From positions 1-24,000 of the forward strand of contig CAIRCU010000006.1 of assembly GCA_903877165.1 (NCBI GenBank): DNA of 24,000 nucleotides, read 5' to 3'. This DNA comes from Methanobacteriota archaeon (lineage in GTDB: Archaea; Thermoplasmatota; E2; DHVEG-1). The number at the start of each line of letters is the position of its first letter. Position 1 is the stretch's first letter. Made by a program: the position numbers and the translations under genes. Positions 1-8,212 of this stretch are shown piece after piece. The notes below the pieces were generated by a model. That model saw nothing but the letters and a program-made list of their open reading frames with translations, ran no database searches and was not told the origin of the DNA.

Positions 1-453
1 CTCAGCTCCACGCTCAAGGCCTGGCAGGACATCATCCGCGAAAAAAACCCGTACACCCTACAGCTCGCCCGCTTCTACGATCAGTACACCGACAACCCGC
101 TCCTCAGCATCCCGCTGCGCACCGTCTTCCTCGATGCCCCGGAGCTCGGCGCAGTCCTCCTCACCATCATGGCATCCCGCGCGACCAGGTACTACCTCAG
201 GAACATCGATCGGCTACCACCGACAGACTACGTGTCCGTGACGTACGAGCAGTTCTGCCGCCAACCGCAGGAGACCATCGACCTGATCATGCGCTCCCTA
301 GGTCAACCCGCGTCTGTTGTCGATGCGGCACGCCTCGTCTCCCCCCGGCGCGTCACGGTCGATCCCGTTATCCAGAAGCTCTCCCCGTACATCATGCGGG
401 CCATGCGACTGTACTGCACGGCTTTCGGATACACCACGACGGTTACGGACTAG
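1..453 (+). CDS. Sulfotransferase-family protein, C-terminal part (5' end lies outside the window)
   Basis: Frame 1 is open from base 1 (LSSTLKAWQDIIREKNPYTLQ...) into the listed 169..453 ORF. The tail VTYEQFCRQPQETIDLIMRSLG resembles the 'YEdL..dP...l..i..fLG' C-terminus common in sulfotransferase families. The family call rests on this motif only. Confidence 0.5.
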   Translation, partial: LSSTLKAWQDIIREKNPYTLQLARFYDQYTDNPLLSIPLRTVFLDAPELGAVLLTIMASRATRYYLRNIDRLPPTDYVSVTYEQFCRQPQETIDLIMRSLGQPASVVDAARLVSPRRVTVDPVIQKLSPYIMRAMRLYCTAFGYTTTVTD

Positions 454-1609
454 ACTGCTTGTGTTTGAGGTCTGCGAGGTCCCGTTTCCGATACGTCTTC
501 CCGCACCAACTTATCTCCCGCTTCACGCTGGAGACCACCGCGTTGTAGGCATACAGGAGGAAGGCGACGGGGGCGAGCACGCCGAACCAGGCTTTATATC
601 GAAACGTCTCCGGTGGGTACCGCATAAGCCGCTGGAACGTCATCACCCCGACCCAGCCGTAGATCATCTCGCCGCCCACGGTGAGGCCAAGCAACAGCCC
701 GAACCACACATTCCCAAGGCAATAGAGCACGGCCTCTATGATCAACATCGCGGTGACCAGCAGGATGCCGACGTAGTACACGCCCCAGGCCGCAGGACTG
801 TACCACCGCATCCAGGTGAGCTGCTGGCTGCCCCATCGGAGGAATTTTCGTAACTGTGGTTCCGCCGGGCTTGCGACGACGCACTGTGGCACGAACCGGA
901 GTTGGTACCCTGCTTTTTTCACGGCATGCGTCAGGATCAGGTCGTCGGAGAGTCCTTCCTTCCAGCGTCCCGCGATCCCTAATCGATGGAACAGGCTGGC
1001 CTTGATCGCCATGGAGCCGCCCCAGGCGAAGGTCGTGATCTGGTAGAACATCCCGCTGACCGTGGAGAGATTCCAGGTAGAGATGAGCGCGGTCGTAAGA
1101 TTCGTGGGGACGAACCAGCGGAACCCGGTGGTCGCGCCCACGTACTCGTCCGCGAGCGGTGCGACGAGATCCGCGAGCCATACAGGGTGCGGGCGGATGT
1201 CGGAGTCCGCGAACACGAGGATCTCGGCGTCGTCTGCCTTCGCGATGCCCGTGAGGAGCGCGGAGATCTTCCCGCTGGTGTTGGGAACCATGGCCGAGAA
1301 CTCGAGGCTGGCGTGCGGCACGCCGCGGATTGCCTCTGTAACGACCGGGAACGCCGAGTCCGTGCTGGAATCAAGGATGAAGAGGAGGCGGTAGTGTGGG
1401 TACTGTTGATGGCAGAAGGCGGTGATGTTTTTGCTGAGGTTCTCGCCTTTTTCTTTGCAGGGGACGATGACGCAGACGGACGGCTTCGACGTCAAGAGTG
1501 GTTCTTTTCTGGTTTTAAGGTACCCAATAATGAAGAGGAACGACAGGGCCCAGATGCCGACCACGGCGAGGATCGCGAAGAAAAGCAAGACCAGCATCAG
1601 CATCGTCAT
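443..1609 (-). CDS. Membrane-bound family-2 glycosyltransferase (ceramide-glucosyltransferase / GT21-like architecture)
   Basis: 388-aa ORF. N-terminal TM helix, then VCVIVPCKEKGENL (GT-A start), a FADSDI DxD motif, an RKFLRWGSQQ (QxxRW-like) motif and C-terminal TM helices. A TATA-like box on the minus strand lies about 32 nt upstream of the ATG. Confidence 0.8.
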   Translation of the reverse strand: MTMLMLVLLFFAILAVVGIWALSFLFIIGYLKTRKEPLLTSKPSVCVIVPCKEKGENLSKNITAFCHQQYPHYRLLFILDSSTDSAFPVVTEAIRGVPHASLEFSAMVPNTSGKISALLTGIAKADDAEILVFADSDIRPHPVWLADLVAPLADEYVGATTGFRWFVPTNLTTALISTWNLSTVSGMFYQITTFAWGGSMAIKASLFHRLGIAGRWKEGLSDDLILTHAVKKAGYQLRFVPQCVVASPAEPQLRKFLRWGSQQLTWMRWYSPAAWGVYYVGILLVTAMLIIEAVLYCLGNVWFGLLLGLTVGGEMIYGWVGVMTFQRLMRYPPETFRYKAWFGVLAPVAFLLYAYNAVVSSVKREISWCGKTYRKRDLADLKHKQSSP

Positions 1610-1637
1610 AGTCTGCTGGAAGTAAACGCGGTCGTTA

Positions 1638-1645
1638 TCTTTAAA
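1638..1645 (-). promoter_or_regulatory. TATA-like box (minus strand TTTAAAGA) for the GT2 gene
   Basis: A/T-rich octamer centred about 32 nt upstream of the ATG at 1609, which is archaeal promoter spacing with a very short leader. Confidence 0.45.
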
Positions 1646-1878
1646 GGTGTCTTCTATCGCCCGTAGGTTTCATGAGAATGGTCTAAAACCTTTCGGGTTG
1701 GGATGATGATTCGATAGAGGCGGCCTCGTTTGGGTCCTGCCTTCCATCGCACGAGTTTGTTTTGGATGCGTAGGTCGTCGTTTTGTCAGGATGGCGTTTT
1801 TTCAACCAACCTTTATCTAAGTTCATTGCTAACACTAGACAGGACATAAGATAGCACGACCCTGGATCGTGGACAGCA

Positions 1879-2913
1879 ATGAACCGAAGGCATACCACAG
1901 GTACACTCACGTTTCTTGTCCTTCTTCTCTCACTAGACGCCTTGCTCTCCTCAGCGGCACAAGGAGCGAGCCAGACTCAGACTCCAAGCACGAACCACTA
2001 CTTCACATCACTCCAGGCGGCCATCCAGGCGGCCTCCCCCGGCGACGACATCCTCATCCCCCCAGGGACTTACACCGAGACCCTCGCCATTGCCACGCCG
2101 ATCACCCTGCGTGCCGCACACCCAGGCACCGTCCTTATTACCTCCGGGATTAACCAATCCTATATCATGTCCATCAATACGCCTAACGTCGTCCTCAGCG
2201 GACTGGCCATCACCAACCCCACCAGCGGCCTCTACACCACAGGCCTCATGATCTGCGCGCCGTACACCACGATACAGGACTGCACCTTCGCCACCACCAG
2301 CCTGGGCATCGCCTGCTGGACCTCAAACAACACCATCTCAGACTGCACGTTCTCCGACTGCCAAGACGAAGGCATCGCCTTCCTCGCAACACCCACCGAC
2401 CCGATTACCTGCAACCTCGTCACCGGATGTCGGTTCCAGCGGAACTGCGACGGCATCGAACTGCAAACCTGCTCCCACAGCCGCATCCTCGACTGCGACT
2501 TCACCAACAACACGCATGCAGGCATCGACGCGATCGGCTCCGCCAACAACGACAACCTCATCGCGAACAACACCTTCACCCAGAACGGCTTCGGCATCTA
2601 CCTCGTAAGCTCCACAGCCAACACGATCTCCTCCTGCACCTTCACAAGCAGCCCCTCCTACCTCACCAACGCGAACAGCACCGAATTCACCGGCTGCAGC
2701 ATCGATGCCCTCAGCCTTCGAAACCACTCCTCCGCCCTCCTCAGACAATGCACGAACATCACCGCATCACACGTCTCCACCTCCAATTCAACCCTCACGT
2801 TCGAACCCCCTGTAGCCTCCCAGACGCTCTCACCCCAGCCCGCGAGCGGACACGCCGTCGCCAGTATCTGGGATCACCTCGCCGCCCTCCTGCGAAGCAT
2901 CCTTCATTTCTAA
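1879..2913 (+). CDS. Secreted right-handed parallel beta-helix repeat protein (NosD / pectate-lyase-fold-like)
   Basis: 344-aa ORF with a signal-like N-terminus (TLTFLVLLLSLDALLSSAAQG). Opening motif SLQAAIQAASPGDDILIPPGTYTE, then many approximately 22-aa repeats (N.I..C.F...) and numerous N-x-S/T sequons. Confidence 0.75.
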   Translation: MNRRHTTGTLTFLVLLLSLDALLSSAAQGASQTQTPSTNHYFTSLQAAIQAASPGDDILIPPGTYTETLAIATPITLRAAHPGTVLITSGINQSYIMSINTPNVVLSGLAITNPTSGLYTTGLMICAPYTTIQDCTFATTSLGIACWTSNNTISDCTFSDCQDEGIAFLATPTDPITCNLVTGCRFQRNCDGIELQTCSHSRILDCDFTNNTHAGIDAIGSANNDNLIANNTFTQNGFGIYLVSSTANTISSCTFTSSPSYLTNANSTEFTGCSIDALSLRNHSSALLRQCTNITASHVSTSNSTLTFEPPVASQTLSPQPASGHAVASIWDHLAALLRSILHF

Positions 2914-2956
2914 ACAGACATCATCCGTGGACCTAACCACTCTTTGTAATCGTACC

Positions 2957-2964
2957 ATTAAATA
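2957..2964 (+). promoter_or_regulatory. TATA-like box (ATTAAATA) upstream of the SPOUT gene
   Basis: Centred about 30 nt before the ATG at 2991 but only about 15 nt before the ATG at 2976. This favours 2991 as the real, near-leaderless start. Confidence 0.45.
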
Positions 2965-2990
2965 CCGGCGGCCTCATGTCACCTTTGAGT

Positions 2991-3575
2991 ATGAAGGAGA
3001 CGCTCCTGGTCGTCGAACACTGCGAGAAAGGTCTCTCCGAATGGCTCACGCTTGAGTACCGGCATGCGGCCAACATCTGGCCACGCCACACCCTCTTCAC
3101 CAACGTCAAATCTCCTGCGACCGCCGCAAAACTGCGCGCCTACGGGGAAGTGACCCGTGAAAAGGCTAACGACCACCTCGCCGGACACCGCTGCCTCATC
3201 CTCGACCCCAAAGCAGCCGCGCCCCTCACCCCGCACGATTTCACCGGCCTCTATGCCGTCATCATCGGTGGCATCCTGGGCTACAAGACCCCGCGAGGCA
3301 GGACCAAGGCACTCATCAGCGACCATTCATCGTTCGAGACCAGGCATATCGGATCCATCCAGCTGACGATCGATGGCGCCGCGTTCGTCGCCAAGGCAAT
3401 CGCACTCGGCATGAAACTTGAGGACATCGAGATCGCGTACGAAGTCGAAATCACCCACAACCCGGTGCACAGCACGGTTCTTCCCTTCGGCTACCCAGTA
3501 ATCGACGGAAAACCGATCATCACGCCAGGACTCATCGAGTACCTGACCAGGGATGAAGAAACGAAGAAGACTTAG
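2991..3575 (+). CDS. SPOUT-fold methyltransferase, DUF431 / Sfm1-like
   Basis: The track ORF is 2976..3575. I use the second ATG (MKETLLVVEHCEKGLSEWLTLEY...) because of TATA spacing and because yeast Sfm1, as I recall it, starts the same way (MKYIIEHMEEGFSEWVILEY). Further shared blocks: CLILDPKA...GGILG...PRGRTKAL and LPFGYPV.DGKPIITPGL. Confidence 0.7.
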   Translation: MKETLLVVEHCEKGLSEWLTLEYRHAANIWPRHTLFTNVKSPATAAKLRAYGEVTREKANDHLAGHRCLILDPKAAAPLTPHDFTGLYAVIIGGILGYKTPRGRTKALISDHSSFETRHIGSIQLTIDGAAFVAKAIALGMKLEDIEIAYEVEITHNPVHSTVLPFGYPVIDGKPIITPGLIEYLTRDEETKKT

Positions 3576-3811
3576 CTTTCTTGCACGGCGAGACTCATGG
3601 CGACCGGCCCGCGCTTCGACTCAGACACGCGGTATATCACCTTGTCGCCCTTCTGCAGATAAATCGTCCAGAACGGCAGCTCGGACTTATGTACGAACAC
3701 CCGCTGACCATCGTCACCACGGATGAACCCAAAGCCCTTCCGCACGTCATAGAACGACACGATGCCCTGCATCGTCATCTGTTCATCATTTGCTTGTTGT
3801 GAAATATTCAT
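3572..3811 (-). CDS. Cold-shock domain protein (CspA family)
   Basis: GIVSFYDVRKGFGFIRGDDGQRVFVHKSEL carries the RNP1 (KGFGFI) and RNP2-like (VFVH) motifs of the CSD OB fold. The true start may be the internal MTMQG or MQG rather than 3811. Confidence 0.8.
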   Translation of the reverse strand: MNISQQANDEQMTMQGIVSFYDVRKGFGFIRGDDGQRVFVHKSELPFWTIYLQKGDKVIYRVSESKRGPVAMSLAVQES

Positions 3812-3922
3812 AGATTGTCCTTCTGAACCGGAAAAAGAATGTCAGTTTTTTTACCAAAAGTCTTGGAAAAAACTCCTTACTTCTGTTTCTAACGGTTACG
3901 GGTCCCCAGTAGCATGCACCCC

Positions 3923-3930
3923 TTTAAATA
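3923..3930 (+). promoter_or_regulatory. TATA-like box (TTTAAATA) for the GNAT gene
   Basis: Centre lies about 28 nt upstream of the GTG start at 3955, implying a leaderless transcript. Confidence 0.5.
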
Positions 3931-3954
3931 GTTTTCTTCCCGTACCCCACGACT

Positions 3955-4434
3955 GTGCCAGCCACACCACAGACTCCAACCGTCAGACACGCGACACCAG
4001 ACGACCTCCCCAGCATCATCGCCCTCGAAAACAAATGTTTCCCCGGCCCCATCGCCTACACCCCACGACAGCTCTGCTACCTCCTCACCACAGCCAACAG
4101 CGCCGTCCTCGTCGAAACCCTCCACAACCGTCTCCGCGGCTTCATCATCATCCTCTACCGCCGCGGCTCCACCACCGCCGGCATCGAGACCATCGACGTC
4201 GACCCAGACGCCCAACGCAATGGCATCGCACGCCGACTCCTCACCGCCGCAGAAGACGACATGCACGCCCACCATATCGCCCGCGTCAGACTCGAAGTCT
4301 CAACCCAAAACACACCGGCCATCGGCCTCTACCAACACGCCGGATACAACACCACAGAGTTCCTCCACAACTACTACACCTACAAGCATCACGGCTCACG
4401 CGACGCGTTCCGCATGACCAAAGACCTCTCATGA
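3955..4434 (+). CDS. GNAT-family N-acetyltransferase (RimI-like)
   Basis: 159 aa with a GTG start. IRHATPDDLPSIIALE opening and acetyl-CoA motif A (IDVDPDAQRNGIARRLL). Size is typical of RimI-type enzymes. Confidence 0.8.
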   Translation: MPATPQTPTVRHATPDDLPSIIALENKCFPGPIAYTPRQLCYLLTTANSAVLVETLHNRLRGFIIILYRRGSTTAGIETIDVDPDAQRNGIARRLLTAAEDDMHAHHIARVRLEVSTQNTPAIGLYQHAGYNTTEFLHNYYTYKHHGSRDAFRMTKDLS

Positions 4435-5855
4435 CGAGGCACCACGCAGGACACCCACTCCCCGTCCTGTAACCCGCAATACCCTTTTGTGTACTCCTCC
4501 ATGATCGACAGCAGACTGTCACGGAACTGCGCAGGGACGTACTCCATGCTGCACGACGGACCGTTGTGGATTCGCTCCACATGATCGACGCTGCGCACCT
4601 CAGGCCCAGCACCCCCCTGCATCAGGAAAAACGACTGCTCCTTCTCATCCTTATCCAGCTTCAGGTTCGACGTCTTCACCCGGGCAGGGAACCCTTCCAC
4701 CGCCTGCTTCGTGTACCGAATCAGCTGCGGATCGATCTTATTGGCGAGCAAGAACAACAGGATTCCCATGCACTTCGAGCACGTCCCGCAGGGGATGACC
4801 TCCTCGCCTTCGATATGGCAAGAGTGGCATGACCGCTGGTTCCTCGCAAGATCAGGGTACCGCGAGAACAAGATCCGCTCCACGATCAACCCCGTGATGG
4901 GCCGCACCGCCGACCACTGCACCATCCCAGGCATCCGCCGTTGGTACCACAGGTTCATCCGACGATCGAAGCTCACATCCTGGTCATAGATGCCATAATA
5001 ATCAACCAGCCCCTTGAACGACGGCGTCATCCGCAGATCATCAAACTCGCTGCCAATCAGGAGGTTACCGATCCTCCGCTGCGCGAACAGCGGCATGAGC
5101 GCGAACACATAGTACGGGAAGATGCACATGCGGACGGGGTACACATCCGCCCTGATCTGCCGGTGGTCTTTCCGAATAAAGGGCAAGTGATCCAGCATGA
5201 ACAGATAGAAACGATCCACGTTCGTCCACACCCGTCCCGTGTTCGGCTCGGTCTGCTCATGGTACCGATACGCGGTCATCGCGGTTCGCCAATGCCCGCC
5301 GCTCTCATTCACATACAGCGGATGCACATCCACGCCAAGCTCCTTGAGCATCCCGTACGTGGTAAGACTTTCCTTCCCGCCGCTTGAGAGAATCCCACAG
5401 CGCAATGCATCGAAGTCTTTCTGTAGAGGGGCATCCGTCGCAATCGAATCAGGGATGAAGGTCGATTTCGGCTTCGCGGCCGCCGCCGTCGCATCCTCTT
5501 CAGCGATCTGGTACCCGGGCAGCAGGTACGGCGCCGACGGCTTGACGAGCTCATGGATATACGTCTCACCGCAAAACACCGCGTTGAGATCATTGAGGAG
5601 GCCGAGGTCCGCGGAGCTGACCGGGAACCGCAGGGTGAACCGCTCAGTGAACAACCCGTAGTTCAGCAACGGCATGCAGAACGCGAGCCGGAGAAACGGT
5701 AGAAACTCAGAGGAGATCGGATCTTGGTACTGCAGGGACAGGTCGAACGAGAACTGCTGCTTGTGCCGCGTCGTTAGGGTCACGGTCGTCGTCGCCGTAG
5801 TCTTATCAATGACGGGCTCTGAAAGGCTGATGTCTTTGAAGCAGACGAAATCCAT
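4389..5855 (-). CDS. QueC-like PP-loop ATP pyrophosphatase with Cys4-type metal site and an uncharacterised 150-aa N-terminal domain; function unknown
   Basis: 488-aa ORF. PP-loop variant GILSSGGKES (residues about 155-163, nt 5367-5387). About 190 aa later comes C-x2-C-x9-C-G-x-C-x2-C (RSCHSCHIEGEEVIPCGTCSKC, nt 4770-4829), which matches the spacing of the QueC zinc motif. The start lies 2 nt after the stop of the upstream DUF1611 gene. Confidence 0.6.
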   Translation of the reverse strand: MDFVCFKDISLSEPVIDKTTATTTVTLTTRHKQQFSFDLSLQYQDPISSEFLPFLRLAFCMPLLNYGLFTERFTLRFPVSSADLGLLNDLNAVFCGETYIHELVKPSAPYLLPGYQIAEEDATAAAAKPKSTFIPDSIATDAPLQKDFDALRCGILSSGGKESLTTYGMLKELGVDVHPLYVNESGGHWRTAMTAYRYHEQTEPNTGRVWTNVDRFYLFMLDHLPFIRKDHRQIRADVYPVRMCIFPYYVFALMPLFAQRRIGNLLIGSEFDDLRMTPSFKGLVDYYGIYDQDVSFDRRMNLWYQRRMPGMVQWSAVRPITGLIVERILFSRYPDLARNQRSCHSCHIEGEEVIPCGTCSKCMGILLFLLANKIDPQLIRYTKQAVEGFPARVKTSNLKLDKDEKEQSFFLMQGGAGPEVRSVDHVERIHNGPSCSMEYVPAQFRDSLLSIMEEYTKGYCGLQDGEWVSCVVPRHERSLVMRNASREP

Positions 5856-5857
5856 AG

Positions 5858-6913
5858 TTAGGTCACCTTTTCCGTTAACGGTTCGATCGCGTCGATGATG
5901 CCGGCGACGCCATCGGTGAGCGGGTCGACGACAGGGACATGAAACAGATTAGCATAGCGTTGGATGACTGCAGGCATTTGGGCCGGTGAGAGATGCTCAT
6001 GGTTCAAACCGATCCCAAGCAATGGTTTTTCCGTTAAAAGCTCAGCGATGGTGACGACGCGTTTGGGATCCGGCATGGGATAGCCTGGGAAGCCGTCGAG
6101 ATGCGGCCGGCCCGGGGCATCCATGAGCAGAAACCCATGGACGCGACCAGCAGCGAGGATTTCGAAACCGCCGGGGAAAAAGGGATGGACGAGGCTGCCC
6201 TGCCCTTCGATGACGATGAACTGCGGATGGTCGTCCCTCCAGCTGTCGATGATGGCGCCTTCGATACCGCCGGAGACGAAGTCGTTGATGAGGGCGTCGA
6301 GGACGACGCCATGACGCCAGCCCTGCATCCAGCCGGTCTGCCCCGTGAAAATCATGTCCGCGCTGTACCCGCGTTTCCGAAGCTCGTTGACCAAAACGAC
6401 GGCCATGGTGCGTTTACCAATCGCGGAGTCCGTGCCAAGCAAGGCGATGCGCACCGACGGGATGTTGATTATTTCCCCGGTGTAGAACCGCTTGTGGTCC
6501 CGGTAGATTTTCCGTACATCGGTGATGGTGCAGCCGTGTTTGTTAGCGAGAGCGACGCAGCGCGGCTTGTCCGAAATGAACTCGTGCAGACCGGAGACGA
6601 CGTTGAGGCCATGACCAAGGGCCCATTCGACCGCGCCCTCGTACCCCGATGGGAGGACGCCGCCTTCGGAGACCGCGCCGACGATGAAGGTCTCCGGCTT
6701 GGTTCGCATGACTGCAGTCTCAAGTGAAGGAAAGACGGGAATGCCGCTGGGTTTTCCATCCAGGATCTGTCCGGCGTCGCCGCCAGGCAGCGTGGAGTCA
6801 ACGACGCCGACGATGCTGTAGCGTTGGCAGTAGCGGACGAGGCCATGAGCGGTCTTGCCGTCGGTCGCGGTAAAGAGCCGGTCAGCGTACACGATAGCGC
6901 GTGGTAAGGTCAT
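5858..6913 (-). CDS. DUF1611 (DgcN-like) protein: Rossmann-like N-domain plus P-loop-like C-domain
   Basis: 351 aa. The opening (AIVYADRLFTATDGKTAHGLVRY...) and the mid-region GTDSAIGKRT loop fit my memory of the DUF1611/PF07755 family. It is tightly packed between two co-oriented genes. Confidence 0.65.
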   Translation of the reverse strand: MTLPRAIVYADRLFTATDGKTAHGLVRYCQRYSIVGVVDSTLPGGDAGQILDGKPSGIPVFPSLETAVMRTKPETFIVGAVSEGGVLPSGYEGAVEWALGHGLNVVSGLHEFISDKPRCVALANKHGCTITDVRKIYRDHKRFYTGEIINIPSVRIALLGTDSAIGKRTMAVVLVNELRKRGYSADMIFTGQTGWMQGWRHGVVLDALINDFVSGGIEGAIIDSWRDDHPQFIVIEGQGSLVHPFFPGGFEILAAGRVHGFLLMDAPGRPHLDGFPGYPMPDPKRVVTIAELLTEKPLLGIGLNHEHLSPAQMPAVIQRYANLFHVPVVDPLTDGVAGIIDAIEPLTEKVT

Positions 6914-6961
6914 ACGAAGATCACGTTCGATGGTCCTGGAAAAGTCCTCACGCTGTTGGTG

Positions 6962-7978
6962 TTAGCGGAATTTCCTCCCCGTGAGAACAAGGACGTAATC
7001 GGAGTTGAGGACGCGGTGCTGTTTGAATCTGATGAGTGCTTCGATGGGGCTGGTGGAGGCGGGAAGCACGTTGAGGCCTTCGAAGTCTCTGAGGATCCTA
7101 TGGTACTTCATCATGGAGGCGTCACTGGCGTAGTCCGCCCAGCCATTGCTGTCGTAGATCGCGCTGAGGGCGTCGTCGCCGTCGTACGAATGGTAGCTGA
7201 TGAGCGGCTCGTTAATCGTAGTCTCATGGAGCTCCTCAGGGCGGAGGTCCTCGGTCTTGGAGGCACCGGTCTTGAAGCTGCGCACGATCGGGTTGCCACC
7301 TGGAGTGGAGGCGCCGACGAGGTAAGGAATGTGGTCAATGATGCCCTGGTCGAGCAGGTGTTTGAAGCCGTGGTAGATGCCGACGAGGGTAGTGCCGTTG
7401 CCGACCGGGGCAGCGACCGCGGTGGGGCAGCGGCCGAGCTGCGCGTAGATCTCAGTCGCGATGCTCATGTAGCCGCGCCAACCTTCGTTGCCGTTGCCTG
7501 GATTCGCGTCGTAGTAGTGCTCGGTCTTGGCGAGCCTTCGGCTGGCTTCGACCGCGTCTTCGTACTTATCGTAATCGCTGAGGATCTCTGCGCCGAGTGA
7601 GTGGAGCGTTTCGCGGCGATGCGGCGTCATGGTGTATTTCTCTGGGATGAGGATTTTTGCTTTGAGGCCGACTAGGTTGGCGAAGTACGCGAGTGAGACG
7701 CCGTAGTTACCGCACGTACCCACGGTGACGGTATCGTACCCCTCACGCATCGCCTTGTGCACGTGGTACTGAGAAATGCGGTCCTTCTGCGTCCCAGTGG
7801 GATTGCTGCCTTCGAACTTCAGGTAGATGTTCCCAAAACCCAGGAGCGACTCAAGGTTTCGCGCGTGAGTAAATAATGTTCCCCCAACCACCTTGGTGGG
7901 TGGCGGCTCCTCATCTTTTTGGAGGCCCAACACATCCATTTTTTGTAAACTCCCATGTCCTTTGACGATTTGGGACAA
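6962..7978 (-). CDS. Fold-type II PLP-dependent enzyme, threonine-synthase-like
   Basis: KFEGSNPTGTQKDR is the PLP-lysine motif (compare NPTGSFKDR in ThrC/CysK). PVGNGTTLVGI is the phosphate-binding Gly loop (compare PVGNAGN in ThrC). The listed start at 7978 is TTG, and an ATG 13 codons in (7939, MDVLGL...) is an alternative. Confidence 0.8.
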   Translation of the reverse strand: MSQIVKGHGSLQKMDVLGLQKDEEPPPTKVVGGTLFTHARNLESLLGFGNIYLKFEGSNPTGTQKDRISQYHVHKAMREGYDTVTVGTCGNYGVSLAYFANLVGLKAKILIPEKYTMTPHRRETLHSLGAEILSDYDKYEDAVEASRRLAKTEHYYDANPGNGNEGWRGYMSIATEIYAQLGRCPTAVAAPVGNGTTLVGIYHGFKHLLDQGIIDHIPYLVGASTPGGNPIVRSFKTGASKTEDLRPEELHETTINEPLISYHSYDGDDALSAIYDSNGWADYASDASMMKYHRILRDFEGLNVLPASTSPIEALIRFKQHRVLNSDYVLVLTGRKFR

Positions 7979-8150
7979 GACCCTATATGTGAAACGAGTT
8001 CTTAAATTTTTACGTAACGACGCTGTTCGAAAAAATTTTTTTTGCGCGTTTGGAAAATTTCGTGAGGCTCACTTTGTTTTCTTCGTCGCAACGACTGAGC
8101 GTGTTTTCTGCACCGCGGCGTGTGTTTTTTTGTGAGCTGTTTTCCCTAGG

Positions 8151-8159
8151 TTTTATATA
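8151..8159 (+). promoter_or_regulatory. TATA box (TTTTATATA) for the small zinc-ribbon ORF
   Basis: Strong archaeal TATA consensus about 58 nt upstream of the ATG at 8213. An AGGAG Shine-Dalgarno sits at 8201-8205. Confidence 0.55.
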
Positions 8160-8212
8160 GCGCCATGTCATTGCCAGGCGTAGGATCACCTCTACGAACT
8201 AGGAGCACTACT

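Noticed and set aside
986-1666. Long ORFs antisense to, or out of frame with, confident genes. Examples: 986..1666, 594..1181, 3762..4472, 6956..7600, 11368..12159, 15466..16224, 17468..18322, 19337..19867 and 22466..22777.
   Set aside because: They are shadow ORFs typical of GC-rich DNA. The translations are low-complexity (R/P/H/G/A-rich) and lack motifs, signal peptides, TATA boxes and SD sequences. The overlapping frames carry clear family signatures.
1703-1710. ATGATGA (C-box-like) in the 269-bp GT2/beta-helix intergenic region, considered as a possible C/D box sRNA.
   Set aside because: There is no CTGA D or D' box at the required spacing on that strand, and no terminal stem. A single 7-mer match is expected by chance.
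1683-1910. 75-aa minus-strand ORF in the divergent intergenic region.
   Set aside because: It overlaps the start of the beta-helix gene and the likely promoter region. It has no SD or TATA in a suitable position and its sequence is featureless.
4389-5855. QueC-like protein as part of a Qat or type IV CBASS defence system.
   Set aside because: There is no QatA/B/D-like ATPase or TatD nuclease, no CD-NTase, no TGT-like or OGG-like gene nearby. Its partners are metabolic-type enzymes (PLP enzyme, DUF1611).
8179-8196. 5' UTR hairpin (CGTAG ... CTACG) whose loop reads GATCACCT, resembling the 16S rRNA 3' end (anti-SD), just upstream of the AGGAG of the zinc-ribbon ORF.
   Set aside because: The stem is only 5 bp. 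The best anti-SD:SD intramolecular pairing I could draw is 4 bp including a G-U. There is no rRNA context. It is too weak to claim a translational switch.
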